DNA of 64,000 nt, taken from assembly GCA_010015805.1 (NCBI GenBank), contig ML978126.1, forward strand, positions 1,612,001 to 1,676,000, given 5' to 3'. How positions within the stretch are numbered: the first letter of the stretch is position 1; every line of letters starts with the position of its first letter. Shown one piece after another: positions 47,401-60,495 of the stretch. Under the pieces are notes generated by a model. The model saw nothing but the letters and a program-made list of their open reading frames with translations, ran no database searches and had not been told where the DNA came from. This stretch comes from Rhizodiscina lignyota (Eukaryota). A program made the translations under genes and the position numbers.

Positions 47401-50400
47401 GGCGTCTGCCGTTGCCCGACACAGTCAAAGCCATGCAGTACATCACAGAAGATATACAATGTATCCAAAAGAAGTAAAGGGCGGCGACCTTCCTTCAGAC
47501 CTTCCTTGACCGCTGCATCAAAATTGTCCGAAGTGGCCATCGTGGGCCATGGACAGGCCTCAAGCACCCAAGTGCTGGCTGGATGTGCAACCAAGTGTTC
47601 GTTGCACGAACAACGCTTCCGCTGAAAGCAGGCTCTCAACTTCCAGCTCGCACAGGCAGATACAGCATCGTTCTGATAAGCGACGCTGCGGATAGGACTG
47701 CTGAGAAGACAGTGACTGTATCTGATGCTGGAGCGGTGGAAGGAGTGTCTTCACTTTGACAACGCTGCCGAGGTTGTGACTGCCGGTATGTCACCGGTCA
47801 CCTTCGAAGATGAGCTTTCAGGGTGCGCTTGAGAGTTGTGACGTGGTGACGAGTGATCAAAACGTGGTGCTACACTGAGGTCGAGATCAGGAGATATCTT
47901 GTGAGGTTGGCATTCGACAATCGGCTTCATGAGGCTTTCGGAAGTCGCCGGTAACAAGCAGCGCTATCGACGACAAGATGGCAGAGAGGCAGTTCAAGAT
48001 GAAGCTGAGAAGAAGAGATGCCTGCTGGAGGTTGGATGTCCGTTTGATGTCGATTGGCGCCCGCAAACCGATGAGCTTTGAGTACTAGGCTCAAACCAAG
48101 CACGTGAGAGAGGTTGAGTGGGTTCCAAATGGCGCTCTGAGGAAAGCAAGTCAAGGACGGCAGCAGCAAGAAAGATGAGCTGTAACCGAAACGAGAATTT
48201 GCATCTGCTGAGCAGCCGTCGCAAGTCAGTATTCACTCACCGCAGTCACGATACCTCGCTGGCGCTCACCTGAATTGTTCCCGGTCTCGGTTGAAGCGAC
48301 GATATCCAAGGCGACGACAGCGCCGATCTCGCTGTTCTTGAAACAACGAAAGCCGAGAGGTTGCGCTTGAAGCGCTCAGAGTGCTCAGCTAGTGCGATGC
48401 GCACGACGAAGGTCTTGGTTGAGAGACAATTGCTTCTTGGGGATGTTGCCTGACGGAGACCAGTCAGCAGCTCGGTCACGCAGCAGCGACAGCTCGGTCA
48501 ACAAGCTCAATCTACCCATTGCGAACGAGATATCTGAAGCCAATACGGCCTCTGAGAGCTCTCGCAACCAGCAGATGGCGTTGTTGTCGCCGCCGTCAGT
48601 GGGGATGACTCCGGGGGTTCTCCGCAGCTCGCACCAGCATCTCCAACTCCCACGACAGCGCGTTGGATTTAGTCTCTGAGTTTTTAGGGGACGCTTTCGC
48701 ATGCCCAGATATATCTCTCAACTGCATCACAATTCGCCAACAGTAGGATGGAGTGGTGAAGCTGTGGAGGGTGTGGTAGTGTTTTGAAGGGAGAGGTCAA
48801 CTCACCGGCTCTCGCGCCACAGCGGATGCAGAAAAATGCAGAAAAATCGATGTGCTGTCTCAGGGCTGCCAGTTCTCAAGGCTAGAAGGCTTTCGAGATG
48901 CTTTCTGATGGATTTGGGTAGTTCTGGATGTCGGTGGGTGTGTGGTGTCGGAGGAGAAAGAGGAAGAAGTTGTGGGAGGAAGATGAGGCGCCGCCAAGGC
49001 CAGGTCGCCTCAGAAACTCCACGAGAGCACAACGCCAACGAAGCTGCGCAGAGAGAATCTGATGCCAAAGAGTACTTCAGTTAGGTAGCTGCTGGCAGCC
49101 GCCGACTTTGCTGGCCGAAATACCTTGTCGTTGAGGAGTTGTAGCGCTGGAACGGCCGACTGTCGTAGGGCAGGAGGCTGGGTACTATGTCAAGACAGGC
49201 ACCGCTGACGAAGAGGCGACAGCGGTACTGGAGCGAGAAGAAGGGCAACAAAGGGCATGCACGAGGCTCTGAGGGTCAGAGAAGCCAGCTGGCGGAGTAT
49301 TGGGACAATTGCATCTAGCTCGGGAGGATAACTGGGCTGGGACGGTGCTGCAGCATCTCTGGACGAGTCGCCACACAAGAGGCAGCCTAGTCGCCGATGT
49401 TATGGGCTCGGAGACTCAAGCGTGTCCACAGCAATGCGAAGAGCCACGCAGTTTGAGCGGGCGTATATGAGGTCAGCCACAGCGGACAACAGCGCAGGAA
49501 TGCACATCAAAGAATGGCATCAGAGGTAGGAGAGATACTCTCTCATCATTAGAAGTGAGCCTTTGACTCACTACTCTACAGTATTACGAGCCGCTTGTAG
49601 ATATCAACCTTCAAACTAGCAAATCAATATTGGCACAACCGCGCTTTTCTCCGACTCAGTTTCACCAAACAGTTCTCTGCCCGTGCTCTACTCACGGCCA
49701 TAGCATCCGGAGCCTCGCTTCCATCAGCTAACTCAAGCGCAGACCTCCGAACTCGACCCCAAGTGTACAGTATGTCTGGTCCTCCAACTCTACCATCTCC
49801 ACTTCGATTCGTCCTGATTCGCGGCCCGGTGGCTCGTTTCGACAGCTACAGCATTCACGGCCAGGACTCTTGAGGTGCAGCATCATATGGAATGCGATCA
49901 AGCGCATCGTTATAGGCGGTGTGGTCGTCGTTGAGCGCATGGCAGGGTGAAGGGTCTGCTCGCAGAACGGACGAAGTGAAGCTAAACTCAGGGCCCCCGG
50001 AAACGGAACATCCTCAACGCCGGGTACGTCTCCGCGCCGCCCCAGCGCGGGCGCGGGTAGCATGAGCATGCACGCTAGGCCGCGTGCGCGCACCGCATTC
50101 AGCAAAGCGGCGGCACATCGCACGCGATCACCAACGCGTCTTGGTTCGAGCCCCGGAGCCACGACGAACCAGCTGATAAGGAGCTTATCACAACGCCCAT
50201 CACGAAAAGCAATCATCTATAAAGCTGAACCATGGCCGCACCGGACGGACGCCGTGTCGCGTGCTTGCGCATCGAGTTTTTGAACCGCGAACATTCCGAA
50301 CGAGACGAAGCGACTAGACTGCAGACGACGCTGGCGCTGCAAAGGCATCACGACGTCATCACGACAAGGCATTGCAGATAGCGGTCAAGCATCGAGCTCC

Positions 50401-50455
50401 GGCCAAACGGAGGAGAGTAGCTTGAAAGCAGCCCAAGAGCGCTTGCGGCAGCACA

Positions 50456-53312
50456 ATGGCGGCACGAGAGCGCAAAGCAAGCATTGTAGAAGCTGACGAT
50501 GAGAATCGTCTGGCGGAGCTGGGGTACAAGCAGGAGCTGAATCGCAATTGGAGCGTGCTGCACAACTTCGGCGTCTCTTTCTCTATCATTGTATGTGCGA
50601 GATCAGACTTCTGTCCATTGCTGCTGAAGCTGACTGCAGCTTAGAGCGTCGTCACTGGTATCACTACGCTTTTCAGGTACGCTCTAACGGGGTGGGGAGT
50701 GGTCTGGAGCTGATTTGTTGCAGTTATGGCCTCAATACTGGTGGACCCGGCGTCATGACATCCGGATGGCTTGTTGGTGAGATGGATTGATGGCTCTTGT
50801 CTAAGGAAATGTCTCACATCACGCAGTGTCGTTCTTCACCCTCTTTGTCGGCATGAGTATGGCAGAGATCGTCTCGGCGATACCAACGAGTGGCGGGCCC
50901 TATTTTTGGGCGGCCATGCTTGCGCCAAAGAGGTATGCGCCATTCTTGTCGTGGGTTACTGGATGGTTCAACTTCGTGGGACAAGTATGGAATCCCCTAA
51001 TGCTTCTTTTACACCTCCAATCCTTCTGTACGCAGAAAGTCTCATCTCACGTGAACCCCTTTTCACCCGCTGCACGTGATCAGCGCACCGTACCTAGCGA
51101 ACAATTGGAAGCTTGAATTGGATGGTGGCGCAAACCAGCCTCAGACCCCAGCCACCCGCGGAATAAGATTGGTCCGCGCGGGTTGTTTGTGAAGAACAAC
51201 GACATGCTAACGAAGACACTCGCAGTTCGCAGTCACCACCGGCATCACATTCGGCTGCGCCGGCCTCATCTCGACTCTCGCGACCGTCAAATCCTCATAC
51301 ACGGCCACCGCCGGCAAGACGATTGGCATCTATGCTGCCCTCCTCTTCTCTCATGGCATGGTCAACACTTTCGGCGTGCATATCCTCCGCTACCTGAACA
51401 ACACTTCCATCGTCCTGCACTCTCTCGGAGTCTTCTCCTTGGCTGTCGCAGTTGTCGCAGCTGCACCCACACATCGTTCCGCAAAAGAAGTCTTTGCGCA
51501 CTTCTACGATGGCACCGGCGACCCAGGCTGGAGCGTGCGCGCGTCTCCGGCGTATGTAGCGATATGTGGTGTCTTGCTCAGCCAGTACACAATCACAGGC
51601 TTCGACGCGAGCGCGCATTTGAGCGAAGAGACGAAGAACGCAAGCAAAAGCGCGCCGATCGGTGTGCTGACAAGTATCTCCGTGAGCGCAGTCTTCGGCT
51701 TCTTCTACCTCCTCTGCCTCCTCTTCTCCATCCAGGACTTTGACAAGACTGTCAACTCGCCCTTCGAGCAACCCGTCCTCCAGATCCTCGTCGACGTCTT
51801 CGGTGACAACGGCGCCATCGTCCTCATGACCCTCATCATCATTTGCGTCTGGCACTGCGGCCTCTTCTCCCTGACATCCAACTCGCGCATGATGTTCGCC
51901 TTCTCGCGAGACCACGCGCTGCCACGATGGTTTGATCACGTCGACGCGCGCTTCAAGAGTCCGGTTCGTACGATTTGGCTGGCTGCGACGCTGGCGTTTA
52001 TCCTGGCACTGCCGAGTCTGGGGAGCAGTGTCGCGTTTTCGGCAGCGACGAGCATTGCGACAATTGGGCTGTATATCAGTTATACGATTCCGATTCTTAT
52101 TTCGATTATTTGGCACAAGGAGTTTATAAAGGTGAAGGGGCCGTTTGACTTGAAGAGATTTAGTATTCCGGTTGGGGCGGTTGCTTGTCTTTGGGTAAGT
52201 TGGTATTTCATTCTTCCGGTTCAGCACTTGTTCATGCAGCGGTGCCTCCTCAACCGCGCCCCCGATGACCCCAGGACTGTCTACTTTCCATGGCATATGG
52301 AACCATTGGGGCAACCATAAAAATCAGCTCCTGGTCTCCTATGTGGCCCATTTTGATGTCGTTCTTGGCCACCGCTCATACGGATTGGATCGCTATGTCA
52401 GCTCCACATGCTCTTGCAGGCCACCCGCGGCGTCAACCCAAGGCGTGTTGTGTGAAAGGTTGGGTCCCCCATTTTGCCCGCTCACGCTAAGGCGAACCTT
52501 GCTTCGATTGTTCAAGCTCTTCTGCGCGCAAATCGCAAGCTCGATCGGAAGCTGGTTGCCCACTTCCTTCTTGTGGTGTCCGGTTTCGCTGCAGCCCTCG
52601 CACTTCCGCACTCGATGGACACGTCGCATTGAACGTTATCATGCGCAGGCTGCAGGGCCGCATCTCAAATGTCGAAAATCGTCAATCATGAAGACCTTTC
52701 TATCTAACTCTTGGCTTCGATGATCGAACCTGTTGGTTGTGGACTATATGGAAGTTGACCATGGCTTTGAACGTATCCCACAATTTCCTTCTTCGCCGTT
52801 GCGCACGACTTGGAGTAGGAAACAGCACCGACTGCGCATACACGTTCAAGAGCTCACATTGTACTGCATCATTGCCACATCCTTCAGCAAGCCCTTCGGC
52901 ATCTCAAGTCGGCGCCGCTATACAACAACCCAGGCCTCTCCCGGATGCTCAACCCTCGTTCTCGCACTCCATCTGGGTATTGTTGTTAACTCTCTGCTCA
53001 TCACAGGTATCCTTCATAACCATAGTCTTCTGCCTCCCCACCGCCAATCCTGTCACCTCTCAGAGCCTCAACTACACCCCCGTCGCTGTCGGCATCGTCT
53101 TCTTCCTTGTCATGAGTACATGGCTGCTCTGGGCGCGCAAATGGTTCACCGGCCCGGTCAGACAGATTGAAGCAGAGGCTGCAGGAATTGATATCAGTGA
53201 GCCGGGAGCGCTGGAGGAGGCGGAGAAGAAGGGAGAGTTAGACTTGGAGGGTATGCAGGGTGGGAGGACACTGCTTGAGGGTGTGAAGGGGATTGGAGGG
53301 GAAAAGATTTGA
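50456..53312 (+). CDS. Amino-acid/GABA/choline permease (APC superfamily, ACT family)
   Basis: LAELGYKQELNR, SMAEIVSAIPTSGGPYFWA, WVTGWFN, TGFDASAHLSEET, SRMMFAFSRD and NYTPV motifs. Several short introns plus long introns at about 50985-51224 and 52195-53006. Confidence 0.93.
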
Positions 53313-54591
53313 GAAAGAGCAGAGATGGGCGTGTGTGAGAGATAAATGAGGTAGTTGCGATGTTGATGTTGAAAGGTGAGCTCAATGGCGAAGAGGAGCT
53401 TGTATTGGATAGCTAATTGATCAATGACAATGCTTTCAATCGCTTTATGATGCTCCTTGAGGCCTTTGACTTGAATGATTCATAGGCTTTGCACTCTAGA
53501 ATTCAGCGCGCTGCTTTGCTTGCGCCATGGGTGACATTAGTCACTCTATCTGACAGACGCCCTTCTACTTCTCTTATTGCCCTGCTTATGTAGCTTGCTT
53601 TAGACGATTACAAGATGCTCATTGGGCGCTCGGACTCTGATCGTCCAAGGGCCGTGCACTTTTGCGTTGAGCGCCGTCTGTGATATTCGCCACTCCAACC
53701 TAAAGGGGCCCTTATTCCTTGTCTTTTCCCCTGTTTCCGATCTATAATTCCGTTTGGAGACAACATTGGTAATCTGATACGTGACTCCCTGTGGCGTTGG
53801 TCGGTCGACCTTTGCGTCGCTCGCTATACTCGCCACTCTCGGTCCCGTACACAATTCTTCCGCTCTTGTTTCTCTGTTTTACTAGTTTGACTCTCGCTAT
53901 TGCAGAATCCTCTGTGACAGTTTTGACATCAGGACTCTGAAGTCCATGAGGTTTTGGTGTGCGCCTCTCTACTTCGTTTGCGTTATGAATTGTATGAGAC
54001 AGATCGATCTCCATCTCGCCTCGCTGCTAGTACTTTAACTGATTTGTTGCTGACAGTGGACCGGAAGATTGCAGACACCTTTGCTATCTATTCCTAGCTT
54101 CTCTCAGGGAATCAAGCTTCTGTTGTTGATAGCTCCAATCTATGTTTTGGATTTTCCTCTCTGGCTGCATGCACTTTATTTGTGTTCTACTTTCTTCGAC
54201 TTTCTTCGCCCGATTCGTGTGTCTTCCTTTAGCTATTATGGGACATTGTCTGAAGATGCGCTCTGTAATCGCCTTTGGTATGATATGCTTCGCGTTCAAT
54301 TCTAATAGGTTGTGTCTGTACCGCCGGGACGATTTGAGCATTACCGAAGAAGTATGCAAATATCACGGTGGCTTAGTGGCGCGAACCTCATCCAAATTGA
54401 TATTATTTGCTACCTCTCCCCATAGAAAACGCATTTCAAGCAAAGGAAGCCTCAGGAATCTACCTTAAACAAGCAAAGAACACCCTAGAAGTGTTCAAAC
54501 AGCCGACAGCAAAGAGCAAACAACAACCAAAAAGATATTAGCCACCCATATTTAGCTCAGGGTCAACAACAGCAACAACAATGCAAATAGC

Positions 54592-55728
54592 TCAAACGCC
54601 CCGGCGGCCCTTGCTCTCCAGGTATCCAATCTCCGATCTCAGCACCTGCGGCAACACGAAGCCCTCATCGTCTCCCCAATCCTCCTGTGGCATGGTCACC
54701 ATGGCCGCCCTCTCCAGCATGCGCGCGGTGGAAGGGGGGAAGCCCGTCACCGTCAGCTTCTGCAACCCCTCGAAGGACGACACTTCCATGAGCTGCTTGC
54801 ACATACCAGCATAGCTTGCCTGAATGTCCGGGTAGGATGCCAGGGTGAGGATGTCGCCTTGCGTGTAGGCCAGGTAGTGGACTTGCAACAACCTCACTCG
54901 CTCCAGCATAACACGGGACAGCGATAGGCTGTTGGGCATGGCCGTTCCCCCCCAAGTGTTGTTCGCGGTCACAAAGTGATCCGGGTTGGGTCTTGCATTG
55001 CCGCTCACGCTCGCAAAGGGTGGCAAGAAATCGATGGTGAGGTTCTTGAGGCTGAGGTAGCCGGCTTGTCGCAGCTTGGTCAACGCCCATGCTGGGCTGT
55101 ACCAACGGTCTCTCTCGCGATCAGACTTGCGTTGTGGTTGTATTTCCTGTTCCATGAGATCGTCAATGAAGACAACCTCCGTCTCCCTGTTGCCCGGTGG
55201 GCCCACCACAACCGGTGCCACCACAACTGGAGTGAATGTAGCGAAATCGCCGATCTGGTCATTGCCGATGGCCCAGTGGGCGTCGATGGTAATGTGTAGG
55301 TTGCGGATGTGAGTCCAGGCGTAGGGCTCGCAAAGCGGGAAGAGACCGCCAGTCTGGTGGAGCGTCCAGTCCTCAGGCGCCTTCGGTCCGAGGCTGTAGA
55401 TGGCCTTGTTGAAAATCTCATCAAGGCCGACGTTGTAGAACCACTTGTTGAGGGCGAGGATCGCCCAATGATTTTTCCTCTCTGGCCAAGGGGTTTGGAA
55501 GTCCACGCTGTAGATGTGTTGTTTAAGAATCTCAAACACAATCTCGTTCGGGATCGACTTTCCACTTAGGGCTGTGGTCCACAGAGCAGAGGTCGTAGTC
55601 GGAGGCGAGATGCTAATCCTGTGGTTTGTTGGGATCAGGAGATCTGCTCGGCCACTAGCACGCTCGGCGGCGAAAGTAGCGTAACTTCGCTTCGTTCCAG
55701 AGGGAAGGTCCTTGTTGAGATGGCTCAT
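54592..55728 (-). CDS. Hypothetical protein, possible F-box-like N-terminal motif
   Basis: 378-aa intronless ORF with CAAAATG context; SIPNEIVFEILK resembles the start of an F-box. Confidence 0.7.
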   Translation of the reverse strand: MSHLNKDLPSGTKRSYATFAAERASGRADLLIPTNHRISISPPTTTSALWTTALSGKSIPNEIVFEILKQHIYSVDFQTPWPERKNHWAILALNKWFYNVGLDEIFNKAIYSLGPKAPEDWTLHQTGGLFPLCEPYAWTHIRNLHITIDAHWAIGNDQIGDFATFTPVVVAPVVVGPPGNRETEVVFIDDLMEQEIQPQRKSDRERDRWYSPAWALTKLRQAGYLSLKNLTIDFLPPFASVSGNARPNPDHFVTANNTWGGTAMPNSLSLSRVMLERVRLLQVHYLAYTQGDILTLASYPDIQASYAGMCKQLMEVSSFEGLQKLTVTGFPPSTARMLERAAMVTMPQEDWGDDEGFVLPQVLRSEIGYLESKGRRGV

Positions 55729-57061
55729 TTTGGAGGACGCTCAAGATCTTGATGATAAAGGATAGAAGGACAGAGTAGTGAATCTCATTAACAGATGAGA
55801 TTCTAGAGCTGAACATGAGCTTTCCGTATTTTAGTGTGCAGTGTTGAAGTCAGGGTTCGGGGAGAAGAGAAGGCGCTGATGTTGTTGTGGGAGCAGCTCG
55901 GGGAGACTAGGCCACTTCGGTCGAATCGTGATTGGGGAGAATGGTCGCCATTTTCAGCTTAGCACCACTCGCGCACCTTGCCATTCGCCCGCGAAGGCCA
56001 TCGGCCTCACAAGTCGATAACAGACATAGATAGTAGTATTGTATTTACATGCATGATGGTTTCGTAGCATATTGATGGCGGGGGGAAGAGAATTGGCAAA
56101 AGATGTAGCTACGAAGACCCCCAAAAACTTGGACCCATTGGCGAGAAACGCCATAATGTCGAAAGCGACCGACTCAGTGGAAGAGTCAGCATTAGTGTAA
56201 AGATTCTGCAGCGACCCGCGTTGAGAAAGCTGCTTAGCACCAGTTCGGATAAGCCACAGCTTGAGCTTCTCGCCAACCTCAACCCAACCCGAGGCAAAAT
56301 AAGGGTGAAAAGATTCGTCTCGAAGGGGATTGCTCTTTAGCAACCTTAAGAGCATCCCCCGAAGTTTAATACGCTGCGCTTTCTAAACTATTGACCTGGA
56401 ATTCACAGCTCTGTAACTAGTACTTGGTTTAGGCGAAAGAGATATTTGTGGTCGTGCTCAGAGCTTTGTACACCAAGCTCGGTACGGTATGCTTTTGACA
56501 GTATCGTTATAAATGGACAACTTCAATGCGTTCAATTTGTCTTCTCCAAAGAGTGTATACATCTCACTATACCGTTATCTTCCCGCCATCCTCCACCTAA
56601 TCGAAGCAGAACAGTGATTAAGGGCTCTATCATCAAGGACGCTTGCCCTTCAACGGCCGTGAGAGCACCTTGTAAGCCTTGATTACACAAGGCTTAGCCT
56701 GTGTCAATTTTAGACTTACAATTTCAATAAACATGGTGCCGGTCGAAGAGAGGGCTTGATAGTGGATGCATAAGGGCATATACACGAAGTTGAGGTATCT
56801 ACTCTAAGGTCAAGGAGGCTAAAGTATCCAAGCATGCCAAAGGTCAAAAGCACATATAGATTTGCATCTTCGGCGAAAGCAACAGCATCAACCAAAGCTT
56901 GTCATAAGAGGTATGAATTGACACTTGTTACGATTGCACAGTTGTGAGGAATTTAATCTTGATTCAAGCGTGTATCCACGGCATCCCCAAAAGGCTAAAC
57001 TATCGTACAATTATGCTACTCCATGTTGCTCATCGTAGCTGCTTCTCCCAAAATCTCCATT

Positions 57062-58344
57062 TCAACTGCGAATGTACTTCGGGTCGATATCAAGCTCGAC
57101 GGAGTCGATCGCCTTGTCAATACGACGATTGGTGACGGCATTGAAAAGCGCCAGGACGTTAACCGAATATTCCGCCGGGTTCCAACCGCTGTCCGCCGTG
57201 ACGGTCCACTTGAACTTGCGCAACGCGCAAGACTTTGAAAGAAATACGAAGATGAGGTGCGTTTCGAGGTAGGTGTTGCGCAACTCAATTTCTTCCAGCT
57301 TGCAACAAGAGTGGTTGGGTTCGTGGAAACTCCGCATAGCGCCTACATGAACCGTTTGTACACAGTTCTCGAGATAGATGCGTATCATGGGCACCATGCC
57401 CTGATGGGTAATCACGGGGAACCCGGTGATTGTATAGAGTTCATTGTATCAAAAGAGTTGGATTTGATGCTATCTGAGGCTAGCCTGCTTAAGTATACTG
57501 ACCACTAGCGGCCCCGTGACTGGGGGCACCTGCCCGCCATAACATCGCGCCTTAAACTGGGGGTGAAAAACGCCCACTCAAATTGGAAGAGGTCGTGCGA
57601 GCAGCCTGCGGCTATCCCAGTACGAGTGATGTGTAGGGTGGTGAGGCTCGAGAGATCGAGGATCTTCCAAAGGGATTCGTGTCTGATGGAGATGGACGTA
57701 GAACATCCGGGCAAGCGAAAACTGGGAGCCCGTCGGTGTCGAGCATTTAGTTTTAGGCCGAATTGCTTACGGCAGGCCACCCGGAGCACCAGACTGGCCA
57801 CCCAACCGAATCGAGTTCCGTATAGGGAGTGATCGCAGGCGGATTCCACGGTTTCATGGCCAGCGAGCACAATATGAAGAGACTCAAGTGAGGGCATCCG
57901 GAACAGAGCAAAGGCTGGAATAACGTCCCGGTCTGTGTATGGATAATTGAAAACTCTCTCGTCCCCGTGGAATGTAGAACCGTCTAGGCTCTGTTCGAAT
58001 CGCGTGTATTTGTAGGCTTCGCGAAAGAAAGGGAGGTGGCCAAGGATGCCCTGGCCGCGAAGGGGCTGGAAGGGGAGAGCTATCGTCTTCTGCTTAATGG
58101 TCAAGTGCTTGACCTCATTGCCGCAGTCCGTATCGTAAAGCTTGCTGACTGTGAGGATGGTGCTCTTGCTGTCCCATCCTTCAAGGGTGAGGTCGCGCCA
58201 GTGTAGCGATAAAAGCTTCTTCGCTGTTTAAGAGCAGAACCGGTTGACACGACAGAGCGCGACAAGGGTGTTCATTCCTGACTTGGACGTGTCTAGAGCG
58301 ACCAAGGAAATGATGAGGTCGATGACTTCTTGTGGAAGCTCCAT
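57062..58344 (-). pseudogene. F-box protein pseudogene
   Basis: MELPQEVIDLII...LVALCRVNRF is an F-box motif. There is an in-frame TAA at 58228-58230, the same frame continues to a TAG at 57505, and a further leucine-rich segment sits in another frame (57062-57415). Confidence 0.7.
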
Positions 58345-60237
58345 GGTGAAACTTGAAAAGCGGAGTGTTGTTGCGAGGAAATGGAATCGCGAGGATGTGT
58401 GGGCGTGGTTGACTATTGACGGACAGAATCGCATGAAACAGCTTTTTCGCGATGAACATTCTTCCGTTGCCGAATGAAGCCATGGATATCGTGATTTTCC
58501 CGCTGTGTCCCCAGGTGTCGAAGATATCGAGAGTCATAAGGTCAAGGTATAGATCTTCATAGCCATGATATTGCTGCTGCTTTCTATACAAGAGGGTCTT
58601 GTTGAGTGAGTAGGCTGTAGCGTCGGCTCGAAAACGTCTAACATTTTGTGTTCTCACAATCAATAGGACTTGAAGGCATCGCAGGAATGAGAAGACGGCT
58701 TAGTATATTCTATCTACTGCTCCAAGCAAATCTTTGGCTGTTATCGACGTACAAGAAATCCAACCAGTTGTACTTAGACTACCGCCCATAATCAATGCCT
58801 CCAAAAGAGTTTTCCCAACGACCGATCGATGGCAGCTCTACAACTACCAAGCCCTTATATATTCATTTCTCCTAGCATTTCTCGTGATTGCCTGTGATAT
58901 CGGAGACGTATAAGGAAGGAGTAATCGTATAATAGAGCAGAGCGGTAATGGGAGCCGACTACTAGGTAATAGGATAGCAGTGTCTGTGTCTAGTTAGCTA
59001 AATATAACAAATATCCTCGATTGTTCAAAGGCACTCAAAATTCTAGAGAATTGGCTATAGCCTCTTAATGCTAGAATCGGGATTCTCGAATGGCTTTAGT
59101 CAATACATCTAGAGAAAGGCGGGAGTAAATCGCAAGAAGAATAGTTTGTATAATATCACAGTCAATGAAAGAAGCATTCGCCGGCCCGACCAATTAGAGG
59201 TGGATCGGAGTCTGCCCCTATGATATGATCAATTATCCTTTAACCAGCACGACGGCAACAAAGCATAAAGGTATACAGGAGCTGGTGTGGGTATAGACAT
59301 ACTTCAAAGTAATCCCTTCGTCAACCTCCTGCTCAAGGCAGAAGAATGAATGAAAAGATAAGTTGTAGCCAGCAAGAATTAAGCCGAGGAATCCGGACAT
59401 TGTGCAAGATCTGGAGACCACGACCGCATCAGCTCATGCGGAGGGTAGTGGACATTCTTAGACGTCCACTCCGCAGCCATGTAGTATGAAACAAAGAAGA
59501 AGAAATTTCCAAAAGGGGACTATCCAGGTTCAAGAGCAGCACGCGCAATCATAGGGCCGTGTGATCACTTGTGCAGTCAAGAATGGAGCTAGTCACGTCA
59601 GACACACCTCGATGAAGTCTAGTCCATTGTACTTGTAACTAAATGGGAGACATTTCTCATTTCGGGTTAAGATCAGCTGTGATTTCGGCCCAACGTGGCT
59701 GGGAGGCCCCCAAACCCACAAGCTAAATGGAGGTTGGGCTGAAATCTTAGGTGTCTGGACCCCGAGGACCCATATAAACAGGGAATTGCAAATCCGGTGT
59801 ATTCTGAGTGGGTTCAAGAGACATGGCCGAAGACAAAGCGCTGGTACATAGTCCTAGTTCAACAGATAGTAACGAAAGGTTTCTTTGTTCTGTCTAAGCC
59901 GACATTTAGAATCAGATATAAGCATTCTTGATAATTCTTTCATACCAAATCTGGCTCTTTAGTCGAGATCAATGGCAGTACTTAGCCTACATAGCACTTC
60001 TAGCATAGACTTAAAACCCAAAACAATCCTCCCACTGCAATATCTCCCTAGATGTGTGGGAAGGCAGAGCTCCGGCCTCTGCCACGTGCTTCCCAACCTC
60101 TGACATCTAGCGACACATACCGCATTTGGCATAGCTCCAAAATAACAGCATGTCGATCCTGTGTATACATCCCTGACCCTATGACTCCTCCGAAAGCCTA
60201 ACCAGGCCTTGCCCGGAAAAACTAAAGTCCACGGTGG

Positions 60238-60267
60238 CCTGAGCTCAGGGTCTCTGAGTATATATAT
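60238..60267 (+). promoter_or_regulatory. Promoter of U2-like copy 3: palindrome CCTGAGCTCAGG plus TATA box
   Basis: Same palindrome (60238-60249) and TATATATAT (60259-60267) as upstream of copy 1. Confidence 0.65.
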
Positions 60268-60303
60268 CTCTCACTTTTCGACCTTCCTCCTCTTTTCTTC
60301 TTC

Positions 60304-60495
60304 AGTTCTCTTTGCCTTTTGGCTTTGATCAAACGAAGATTTTGTTCTTCGCAGTTTAATCTCTGTGACAAGATTACGGTCTTATTCTATTGATTATTCT
60401 AATATTTGGAACCGGCTTTGGTGGTTCAATGAGCTTGCTCATTTCCCATCGCACAGTGTCGCTGGTATTCGCACTATCTCCAGCTGACGCGACCC
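60304..60495 (+). ncRNA. U2 snRNA variant, copy 3
   Basis: AGTTCTCTTTGCCTTTTGGCTTTGATCAAACGAAGATTTTGTTCTTCGCAGTTTAATCTCTGTG...; Sm-like AATATTTGG; SLIII tip GAGCTTGCTC as in canonical U2; SLIV GCTGG-TATTCGCACTATCT-CCAGC. Confidence 0.9.
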
